Shown: piece after piece, positions 51,201 to 64,000 of the stretch
How the letters are laid out: each line of letters opens with the position of its first letter
Numbering within the stretch: the first letter of the stretch is position 1
Assembly: GCA_002633005.1 (NCBI GenBank)
Contig: NMRA01000010.1
Location: forward strand, 1,171,252-1,235,251
DNA from: Phoronis australis
Taxonomy: Eukaryota > Animalia > Phoronida
DNA: 64,000 nucleotides
Reading direction: 5' to 3'
Made by a program: the position numbers and the translations under genes
The notes under the pieces: model-generated
The model's database searches: none
What the model was told of the DNA's origin: nothing
What the model saw: only the letters and a program-made list of their open reading frames with translations

Positions 51201-54200
51201 GGTGTTGCTTTCTAATGCAGTGGGGATGACCCCATGCCCCGCAGCGGCCAATCCCCATCCGTTGCTAAGGAGTTCCAAAGACCCGGCTGGGGTGACCTTT
51301 TGTCAAGAGCACACCGCACACAGGGGTGATGATAATCGATCCCATTTTCACCCCCAGTAGTGGCATGAAAAAGTTTGCCACCTCGCAATGCTGACCGAAA
51401 TTGTAAACCGCATAATATACGTCTGCAGGGCATTCCAACAGATTGACGAATCTCTCTATTAACGAATCACAGGCCAGGTACAGGCCTAGGGACAACAGTG
51501 TCGCGTAATCCATCGTTTGGTTCACTTGTGCACGGACTGTGATCCTGTGATCACTTGCTGTTGAATATGCACCAAATTTATACACAACGAACAATTTGAT
51601 TTGCCCAATTTCAGCACCTATGGAGTCACTGGAGTCTTCCAACGTCAGGTTCATGGTTCTGAAATGAAGAAATTTCAGTCGAAAAAATTGTTTACAATTC
51701 TGCCGTTACTTATATATGCCCATTTATCTGAGAATGTGTCATAATTTGTCTTTTGTTGTTCTTTTTTCTATAATTCATAAAAAATTGATGGTGCTCACTC
51801 CTTTTGTTCTCCGTCATGAGATACAGTGCAGCATGGACGTGAGACTCACCCTTCCACAATGATTGTCAGTGGCCCAACACTGAGTGGGAAACTCAGTGGA
51901 CCATTTAACTTATACAAAATGCCACTGCAATGATTCATCCTCCTCCGGACACTACAACATATTGTTTCAGCCATTATCAAGGTGCATTTCTTAGTTTGAC
52001 CAACGTCAACTTTGTAGGAGTCACAATGTCCACTTATTATTCCAGCAGCGACATCTGTTGTTGAGTTAGGTGGTTACAATTACTCTTTTATGTACCTGGG
52101 TTAGCTTATATCCTACACAACAGAGAACAAAAAAAAATAGCTTATACGACGACGACACGAGGCGCCAGCAAAATAAGGGAATCAACCTTTTGTTCTTATT
52201 TAGTACACAAGACAATCCCGATTTTGTTGTCACTCTCGATCACGTGAACTCTACAAACACAATGTATCCAACGTCTTTCAGAACATCCTAACCTACCTGA
52301 TGATGCCGGCAATCACGAGACTTTCGATTCGACCTCGTTTTTCCTATGCTTTACCGACTTCCAGTTATGCGCATGACCTTGACCGTGGATGGAGGTCCAT
52401 CTCCAAACGGTCCGATTAAACCTATTACGCAATGATTTGTGATGTCATTGTCACTTCCTTCCGGTAGGCAGATGATGTGCCTTTCCCTTGCATTTATCAC
52501 AAGTGACCTTTGATTTTAAACTTTGGGTCTACGACCTTTCACCTTGGACCCTCCAAACAGGGAAGACTATTACACAGATGGCGTTACTACAGGGGAACTG
52601 TGATCACAATGAAATTTCACACATTCTGAAGATTGAATGTGGTTGTCATGTACTATTAGCTTATCCTCCAATGAAGCTTCAAGCTTTAAAATCAAACGAG
52701 AAGCTATGAAATGTAAGCAGATTTTTGAATATTATCCAAATATTCGCCACATTCACAGAATCATGTTTGCTTCTGCTGCTATGTGTGGCGTCAACCGTCT
52801 ATCTCTCACCTAAGTAATGCCTTTACATCGGATTCATAGCCAAATGAAAAAACGAGATCTGCCTCGTCAATGACTACAAATTCCAAGGTATCCTTCAGGT
52901 ACAGATTCTTGGCCGCGATATGGGCCAAGATGCGACTTGGCGTGCCCACCACTATATCTGGCTTCTCCATCAGCAGTGGCCTGAAAATATGATCAAAAAT
53001 AACCATCATCAGTTGACTTAGTCAACCACATCTAAAGTAAGAACCGTTAACTGTTTTGGTCAAGAGATGGTAAATAAACACCGAAGATTATTTCACAAAT
53101 TAAACGTCCCAGAACAGGCATGTACCACAGATTTGCATCAGAGTCAGAAAAGAACCATCATTAATTGAGTCAGTGATGGGAATGCTCATCATTTGCTGCT
53201 TTCTGTCCAGTACAAAAACTAAGCAAAATGAGCTGCCAAGTATCCACAGGTAAACACTCGACAACTAAATGTTTAATAACAGCTTTTAAAGTGACCCGCC
53301 AGCTCCTTTAAGGGATGAAAATGAGGGCCTCCATGAAAAGCAGTGTGACCTGATGGGGCTACCCTCATTGCAAATATTACAATAATAAATAAATAAACAT
53401 CAACATTTTCACTTATTCACCAGCGATACAATGCCACAACCTATGACATGAACTACATGTAAGACCAAGCAACCTACCTCTGTGCATCCAGTGACACTTG
53501 GCCAGAGATGTCTACACACCTGACCTCCCGAGAACAGCACCTAGTGAGCTGCTTGATGTTTGTATATGCCTGACTGCATAGTTCTTTGGACGGCGTCATT
53601 ACCAGAGCCTTGACACACTGTTCTCGTGCTGTCTGCAAGTTCAAGCAAAAGTAGATTGCAGAACAAGCAAATGAACGACCACACCACAGCTCCTACTTCT
53701 AGTACGGACCAATTAAAGTGGCCATAAATCCACCTTCCATAACAAGAACAAACAATTGATTTGGACCACTAACCAGCATGAAGTTCCATATAGTCAAATT
53801 GAAGATGATCCCAGGGCCTTAGATGAGATGACAGTTTGTTATTCCTTAAGAACAGCCTCTACAAGATGAATTTTCTCCGCATTCTATTTTACATATCTAT
53901 CTTTGTCTCACAGAATAACACAATGTCAGCTCAATGCAAGCCAAGCTATCACTTCTCACCTAACGATCACGCTGGGGTCAATTTTGCGGCGAAAAGTGGT
54001 TTAAATCAAAAGTTTACTCTTTGGACAGAACTAGTCTTTAACAAAGGGTTGTGGTAAATTTTGTAAGGGGACACATATTTAAGAAATCTATGTTAACGCC
54101 TGTATAATTTGACTACTGTAGACGCACAAAAGCAACTTTCATGACTGACCTAGTTTTCAATAGGTGTGGCTGCTGGCACACATCTCAGTAAAGTCGCAAA

Positions 54201-57200
54201 GGTCAATACCGTGTGCACAACTAAACTAATCAAATTCTTATTCAAGCACTGGCCTTGAAAAAGAGGCCGAGAACACTGGTATCAACCACCTATCAATTTA
54301 TGGATAGCAATGTAACTCAACGAGAAGCATTACTTAAGAGTAACAGATGGCAGGGCTTGGAATGACCAATGACAAAAAACGCAGAAACTTTTACAGCCCA
54401 AATCATGCCCGATAACCAACCTTTGAAATGGTCAATGTGAACCTTTCCGCGACAAAAATCGGGAGCACTAAAAAAAAAAAAAAAACGTTACCACCATCAG
54501 TAGCATGCGTCTGCGTCCTTTTTGCTCCACCGTCCACCCCCAACCCACACAATTTGGCAGCAGAGCGGTAGTATTTGTCGCCGCGCTTAACAATAACACG
54601 AGCCGCCATTGAAAATCAGACCACGCTTTACCCAGATGCCACGGCAATGTTGACAATTTACGCTCCTCCGAAACATAAAGACTTCCGCTTTCCGAGGTGA
54701 ACGTCGTCTGCAACGCCGCGGTAAGAAAGGAATTCGTCGTGGAAATTTCATATCAAATCCGATTTTTTTACGCGGAAATATGTGACCCACCACCACAAAA
54801 TGAGTCTTAAGTCGGAAACTCTATTTCCCGACCAGACTGCAAACAGTCGCTATCGGTTAAAATTAGGTCAAAAATTTTTATTGCAGATTATGATTATTTA
54901 TTCATTCTACTTCACAAAACAATACTTTAAAACAAGCAAATTTCATTTTAAATCTTATTTATTTCATTTTGAAAAAGATCACCTTCTCCACGACTGCATA
55001 TCTCGTGAAATTTTCATCGAAATTTGCCGGTTTTCGTGTCCTCATTGCTCAGTCTTCCGATGACCCAATTTCGCTCGTAAACACATCAACAGAAAGGTCA
55101 AACTCTGCTCATTATGCATGTAGTAAGCTCTTGGAGTTTTTCGTCCAATCATCAGTCGTTATTTCACTTTTTGCATTCGGGGTATTTTCAACAGAAGTGT
55201 CACTCACCAGTCATTTAGCTAGTAACGACCTTTTAACCCAATGCATCGCTGACCTCATTCGCTAGAACTAGTTACGTGGGTGTGAAACTGTGGGGTCGCG
55301 AGGTCACGGCATGTTTTCAAGACAGTAAGATGGCTGGTCGCCGTGTAGCTGATATCTCAAAGATTAACTCTTGCCTCTGACTGCCGTATCAAGATCAGCG
55401 AGAATTAGCTGAACTTATCAAAGAGCACATTTGTTGATGAAGACAAGGATTAATTTCGTGACAGCGACGAGTCGTCTGACGACAGCAACTCGTCGCCAGA
55501 TGAGTTTCATGATCGACCCATCGCGAATACGGTTACGTTGGATTCCAAGTCGTTGGATTGGAACAAACAGAACTTGAAGAAAACAGTCCGGATTAGCTTA
55601 ATCGCACAACAATGTCTTGTATCTGGAAAACCAGTGGATCGGGGTGCAAGCAGCTGAATATTACTGCAAGAGAGAACAATCTTCAATAGGGCTGAATCAC
55701 TCGGTGAGAAGTCGAAGAAATCGTTGCTCTTCAGTCAGTGTCAGTGGACTTGGATAGGGATGAGTGATTGTCATTTTTTTTCAAAATTATTTACACTAGC
55801 GTAAAATTTTGAATTATTTTGAACAAAAATCAGCTAGAAACGTGTATTTTGTAACCTACAGGACTTCATTTTATTAAACTTCTACAAAATACACTTAACT
55901 ACTTGTTTTACTTGCGGTAACCCCTCCTGTCACAAGTGGACTGACCCTGTATACTTTAGCTGGGAAATTTATTGACCCAGTTGCAGCAAAGCGGAACATG
56001 AATATCACTCCTTTTTGGCTGAGATTACATAATAAGGTCTATATTCTTTCTAATTTTTGATTAGTTTTATTTCTTTATGTTGTTGTGTATACTAATAAGT
56101 CTGAAATGTAGCATTCAACTGCAGGTCTCTATGGAAATTTTAAAGACACTATCGGCACTTTTTGTCAGCCATTTTCCTTGACTTTTGAAAGCTCTAAATT
56201 TTCGCTTTCCCCGATTAGAATTGGCAATAACTCGGTCATTTGTGAAGATAATGACATGTTTCATACCTCAAAATGATCAGAAAACACTGTATTTTCAGAA
56301 AAAGTAACAATTAAAAAATGACAAATCCCGACTTAAGACTCATTTTGTGGTGGTGGGTCACATATTATAAAAAAAGCGAAAAGCACATTTCAAAAAAGCG
56401 GAAATCCGCGTTTCCGCGGAAAATTCCAAGCCCTGAGATGGTTAACCAACTCTGATATCAAACAGTAATTAACATGCACCAGCACCCCGTCCAATATTAA
56501 ATCATGCAGATGTCCTAAATATTATGACCACAGACACAAGTGCCCTATACATGTGGAGCAATGCAAACGGTAGCCACAGAGGGCGTTATGGTATTTCAAA
56601 TGTGGCTATTTTTGATTAACAGACAAAAATCAACATTCATGAAATTCAGCAACAACCAAACTGAGTGGGTTGTTTTTAAGTAACAGCCAGTGGTCAATAA
56701 TACGTTAGAGTCCACTAGAAGCAGCAGCCTAAGGAAAAGCAAAGCACCTCTACTAACAGGGCCGTCACTCACTTGAGGGGGAGATATTCTACTGCATCAA
56801 ATTACAGTTTCAATAAACAGGGCTTGAAATAATCAACAACAAAAAAACAGGAAAAATTTCCAGGTGACTTGTCATTTCACGAGTAAATAAGTTTGTGTGA
56901 GAATAACATGCGTAGATAAAGTCAACATTATTATAAATAAAACACAGAAAAGAGGAAACTAGAAATCAAATAAGAGGAAATAGAAACCAAAAACGAGGAA
57001 TTGAATCCTCGTAAAGACGAAAATTACATGCCCTGAATAAGTACCTTTAAACAGGTCAGTCGGTTTTCTTACCACTTTTGAACTTAGTATTTTTTGTATA
57101 ACAGGGATGACAAATGCACCGGTTTTACCAGTGCCAGTTCTAGCCCTGGCCAACACGTCCTTTCCTTCAAGAGCCAAAGGAATTGCCTTTTCCTGGATAA

Positions 57201-58533
57201 GCGTTGGCCCTTTCCATCCTAGTTGTGATATTGCCTGGAAAATATAAAGCACGGTAAAATTTCTTCTTCAGACAAAAATATTGCTTAAAACTGACATGTC
57301 ACAAACATTAAGTTAGCAAGCCACCTGTGGCCACATCATGTGACCTAATAAATGTAGCAATAGGCCTAAGTCTGAATTTCAGACGTCGATTTCTAAATTT
57401 TGCCCCAACTGGGAATCAAACCCGGGACCTTCTGTGAACCGCCACAGATGGCGTGCAGGCCAGACTTAAAAATGTGCGCGATATACGTGTCCATGCTGAC
57501 ATAATTCGCCGAAAAGCTTCCGGCGTACAGAGCGCCTATAGCCTCTGCATCGCCTCTGGTTCGGGCCAACAGAGGCGATGGTCATTGCCTACCTTAGCCT
57601 CTGATCGTCCCCAATACACTATATAAAATACAAGGTATGACACTCCCGACCAGAAATTCCACCGGTGCTTCACTTCAGCCGTCCGTATCAAATGCAAAAC
57701 TCAATAAATTTACACAAAACAAGGTTTCCACAAACCATAAGCAATTTTTCTTTCTTCAAATACCATTCACAGTGTCCTGCTCCAGCAAGATCGCAACAAC
57801 TTCGCGGTCAAAGCACAAACATGTTCCCAAAAATGCCACCGCATCGAGCCTCCTTGGACGGCTCGATGTCAAGGACAATACGGCAATTGCCGATTTGTCA
57901 CGGAGTGTCACAGCTTCGATAACTCCACCCAAAGCCAGACCATTCGTAACCTTCCGTGATGAATCGGCAAATTGCCGCCGTGCATCCGCAACTCACCGGA
58001 TAACCGTCCTTGATCTCGAACCGTCCAAGGAGGCTCAATGACAATGTGTGGGCTTTTAGGGAAGATTTTTGTGCTTTGACCGAGCAACAGTGGCAGCTTC
58101 GTACCCATAATATTTCTAACTCGCAAATTTGATTTGACAGAATTTTAACCAAAAAATCGACAAAAACATCCGCTAGTCCGATTTAATTTTTTTGCACCAT
58201 TCTCTTAGTCTCTTGGATAAATTTCTCGTGATGTATGTTACATGCAAATTTTCAAAAATGTGAGAAAAATGCTGTTCTCGCTACTCAGATTTCCTTCATT
58301 CAACGTTGTATGAAATCTCGTGTCGACAAGACACACCGAGCACCATCCAAGATATTGCAGGAATTAAATAGATACAAGTCTAATTTGGCAAAAAGGAAAG
58401 GGCCCAATCGTGCCACGTCCACAATATCTACATATCGACAACTCACTTTGAGCACCCTATCGTCAAGACCCATTTCATGAAACCCCAACACACATTCCTC
58501 GTGTTCATGCTCAGTGTCCATCTTGTTGCACAT
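38100..58533 (-). CDS. DDX56: DEAD-box RNA helicase DDX56/Dbp9 (60S biogenesis), ~560 aa
   Basis: 15 exons: 58533-58447, 57234-57073, 53632-53478, 52980-52810, 48512-48357, 47961-47857, 47477-47406, 47107-47000, 45324-45205, 44245-44145, 42597-42527, 41327-41238, 39870-39765, 39474-39371, 38776-38699 (duplicate at 38177-38100). Motifs [90 protein letters not shown]. Start could be 58542, 58533 or 58521. Confidence 0.95.
42079..42146 (-). ncRNA. C/D-box snoRNA, SNORD44-like (18S Am166-equivalent guide), DDX56 intron 11
   Basis: Minus strand gtgtGTGATGA...CTGA..GTGATGA...TATTAGCTCTAA-CTGA-tacac. Guide is antisense to conserved 18S UAGAGCUAAUA in the same register as vertebrate SNORD44. Confidence 0.85.
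42781..43512. repeat. Diverged tandem duplication (~340-385 bp units) including a snoRNA 3' half
   Basis: 42781-43117 and ~43128-43511 share aaatttacta..caaaatggttagtcct, attaaaaatggacgaaa, tgtttcacagtcttcccttttt and gagggtgcatcagctagagctaata. Confidence 0.8.
43491..43564 (-). ncRNA. C/D-box snoRNA, SNORD44-like second copy, DDX56 intron 10
   Basis: ggtgcac-ATGATGA...CTGA...GTGATGG...TATTAGCTCTAG-CTGA-tgcacc with a 6-bp terminal stem. Confidence 0.85.
45042..45110 (+). pseudogene. Degenerate tRNA-like sequence (tRNA pseudogene or SINE head)
   Basis: A-box-like TAGCTCGTCAATAGAGC and B-box GGTTCGAATCC at tRNA spacing, but acceptor, anticodon and T stems do not pair well. Confidence 0.5.
45772..45810. 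repeat. Perfect 19-bp-arm palindrome
   Basis: ctagaccaagacttcaata-t-tattgaagtcttggtctag. Confidence 0.9.
45821..45884 (-). ncRNA. C/D-box snoRNA, predicted 28S guide (CTTTTCTGAC), DDX56 intron 8
   Basis: tgcaa-ATGATGA...CTGA...TTGATGG-TTCTTTTCTGACT-CTGA-tgca. Guide is antisense to conserved 28S GUCAGAAAAG. Paralogue at 53134-53196. Confidence 0.8.
47579..47652 (-). ncRNA. C/D-box snoRNA, SNORD66-like (18S Cm1272-equivalent guide), DDX56 intron 6
   Basis: gtgcaa-GTGATGA...CTGA...TTGATG...TAGTGTCCAGGCCT-CTGA-tgcac. Guide is antisense to the 18S GGCC(C/U)GGACAC region. Confidence 0.8.
48212..48290 (-). ncRNA. C/D-box snoRNA, SNORD66-like second copy, DDX56 intron 5
   Basis: agtgcaa-ATGATGA...CTGA...TTGATG...TAGTGTCCAGGCCT-CTGA-tgcact. 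Same guide as the 47579 copy with a diverged interior. Confidence 0.8.
48931..49427 (+). mobile_element. MITE, CAGGGCTTGGAAT TIR, 6-bp TSD, inserted in the Polinton left TIR
   Basis: cagggcttggaat...attccaagccctg; TSD ATTATG on both sides; homologous to 54351-56435. Confidence 0.85.
49881..50187. mobile_element. MITE of the CAKRGGCGGATCC family, 5-bp TSD, nested in the Polinton
   Basis: cataggcggatttag...ctagatccgccactg; TSD ATAAT at 49876-80 and 50188-92. Confidence 0.75.
50497..50910 (-). pseudogene. Polinton adenovirus-type cysteine protease remnant
   Basis: ...[10 protein letters not shown]...[20 protein letters not shown]...NLDSYGVPP...[15 protein letters not shown]. His and Asp motifs are retained; the expected catalytic Cys (S-x-x-C-G) reads Tyr; the N-terminal part is disrupted. 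Confidence 0.85.
51265..51654 (-). CDS. Hypothetical 129-aa ORF inside the Polinton remnant
   Basis: ATG-initiated open frame, same orientation as the protease, with a TATA-like tatataa (minus strand) ~55 bp upstream; no family recognised. Confidence 0.3.
   Translation of the reverse strand: MNLTLEDSSDSIGAEIGQIKLFVVYKFGAYSTASDHRITVRAQVNQTMDYATLLSLGLYLACDSLIERFVNLLECPADVYYAVYNFGQHCEVANFFMPLLGVKMGSIIITPVCGVLLTKGHPSRVFGTP
51833..51970 (+). pseudogene. Polinton packaging ATPase N-terminal remnant
   Basis: With frameshifts reads [22 protein letters not shown]...[16 protein letters not shown], the Walker A-containing start typical of Maverick ATPases. Confidence 0.75.
53134..53196 (-). ncRNA. C/D-box snoRNA, predicted 28S guide (paralogue of 45821-45884), DDX56 intron 3
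   Basis: gcaa-ATGATGA...CTGA...ATGATGG-TTCTTTTCTGACT-CTGA-tgc. Confidence 0.8.
54351..56435 (+). mobile_element. MITE, CAGGGCTTGGAAT TIR, 6-bp TSD, split by a nested insertion
   Basis: TSD AGATGG (54345-50, 56436-41); 54351-54780 plus 56363-56435 align with the 48931-49427 copy. Confidence 0.85.
54781..56362. mobile_element. Non-autonomous DNA transposon with TGT...ACA termini, nested in the MITE
   Basis: Perfect ~35-bp TIR TGTGACCCACCACCACAAAATGAGTCTTAAGTCGG; AT-rich insertion site; absent from the sister MITE copy. Confidence 0.85.
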
Positions 58534-58542
58534 GGTGCACAT

Positions 58543-58782
58543 ACGGGCATTTCGCACCTCGTACCCAAGGAGTCTATTTTATTTCCTATTTCTTCTCAAC
58601 TTTTTTCAGAGCAATATCAGAATATCATGGCAAATTTATGAATTATTTTGCGATTTAAAAGTCATTTACAGTAACTTACGCTTTTGAAAATCCCAAATGA
58701 AGTCTTACAGAAACTAGGTCAACACACAGAAACATCATTGCTTTGGGTAAACTTTAAGCAGTCGCCATTTTCGGAAGAAAAG
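58543..58782. promoter_or_regulatory. Putative bidirectional promoter between DDX56 and DHX15
   Basis: Divergent start codons ~250 bp apart. YY1-like CGCCATTTT (58763-71) and ETS-like CGGAAG just upstream of the DHX15 ATG. Confidence 0.65.
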
Positions 58783-63632
<4,850 letters not shown>

Positions 63633-64000
63633 TGATGCACCAGCATCCTCTTCTCAAGCACTCATCATCCACTTGCCCCTGAAAAATCTTACTCAAAAGG
63701 CTATGCCAAATAGCCAAGATGTCAGAATCCACTAATTAATAGCCCAAAAAAGTGTAAGTTTCTACTCTTATCTGAGAGTTGTAGCACAAATGTTCCGCCC
63801 TTATGTGGTTCTGATTTTTGTGTGGACACGTATGCATTATGTGATTGTATAACGATGTTTTCTGGCATGCTGTGTCCCTCAAAAGTGTGCAGCTTTATCT
63901 CCTAAACACCTTGCTGGATCTTCGTGAACTTTTGCAGGGGCCTTCCTAAGAACACGATGACAAACAATTTCATATACAGTTTCCAGTTTATTAGTTAGCA

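Larger units (their letters stand above)
48552..52568. mobile_element. Decayed, internally deleted Polinton/Maverick element in DDX56 intron 4
   Basis: ~400-bp diverged TIRs (48552-~49480, interrupted by a MITE; ~52165-52568) with AGT...ACT ends. Adenain-like protease remnant and packaging-ATPase remnant inside. Confidence 0.85.

Noticed and set aside
57637-58152. Overlapping 72-134 aa ORFs in DDX56 intron 1
   Set aside because: No family motifs; they lie in repeat-like intronic sequence and are probably chance frames.

Overview
AT-rich, intron-containing animal (invertebrate) genomic DNA; a lophotrochozoan/mollusc origin is a guess only. Four spliced protein-coding genes were reconstructed by hand from GT-AG boundaries and reading-frame phase. 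(1) + strand, 10561-26063: an 11-exon CD39/GDA1-family NTPDase (~602 aa) whose first coding exon encodes a SUMO/ubiquitin-like domain spliced in frame ahead of TM1. This is the most unusual feature of the window. (2) - strand, 32696-30152: a 4-exon membrane-anchored JmjC/cupin-like protein. (3) - strand, ~58533-38100: DDX56 with 15 exons; its introns host six C/D-box snoRNAs (three duplicated guide families) and a decayed Polinton/Maverick with protease and ATPase remnants. (4) + strand, from 58783: the 5' part of DHX15/Prp43, head-to-head with DDX56 across ~250 bp. The remainder holds MITEs with 2, 3, 5 and 6 bp TSDs, nested insertions, a decayed RTE LINE, palindromes, minisatellites, and a 598-bp duplication around a single N that is probably an assembly artefact. 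All calls are from reading the sequence; no searches were run.
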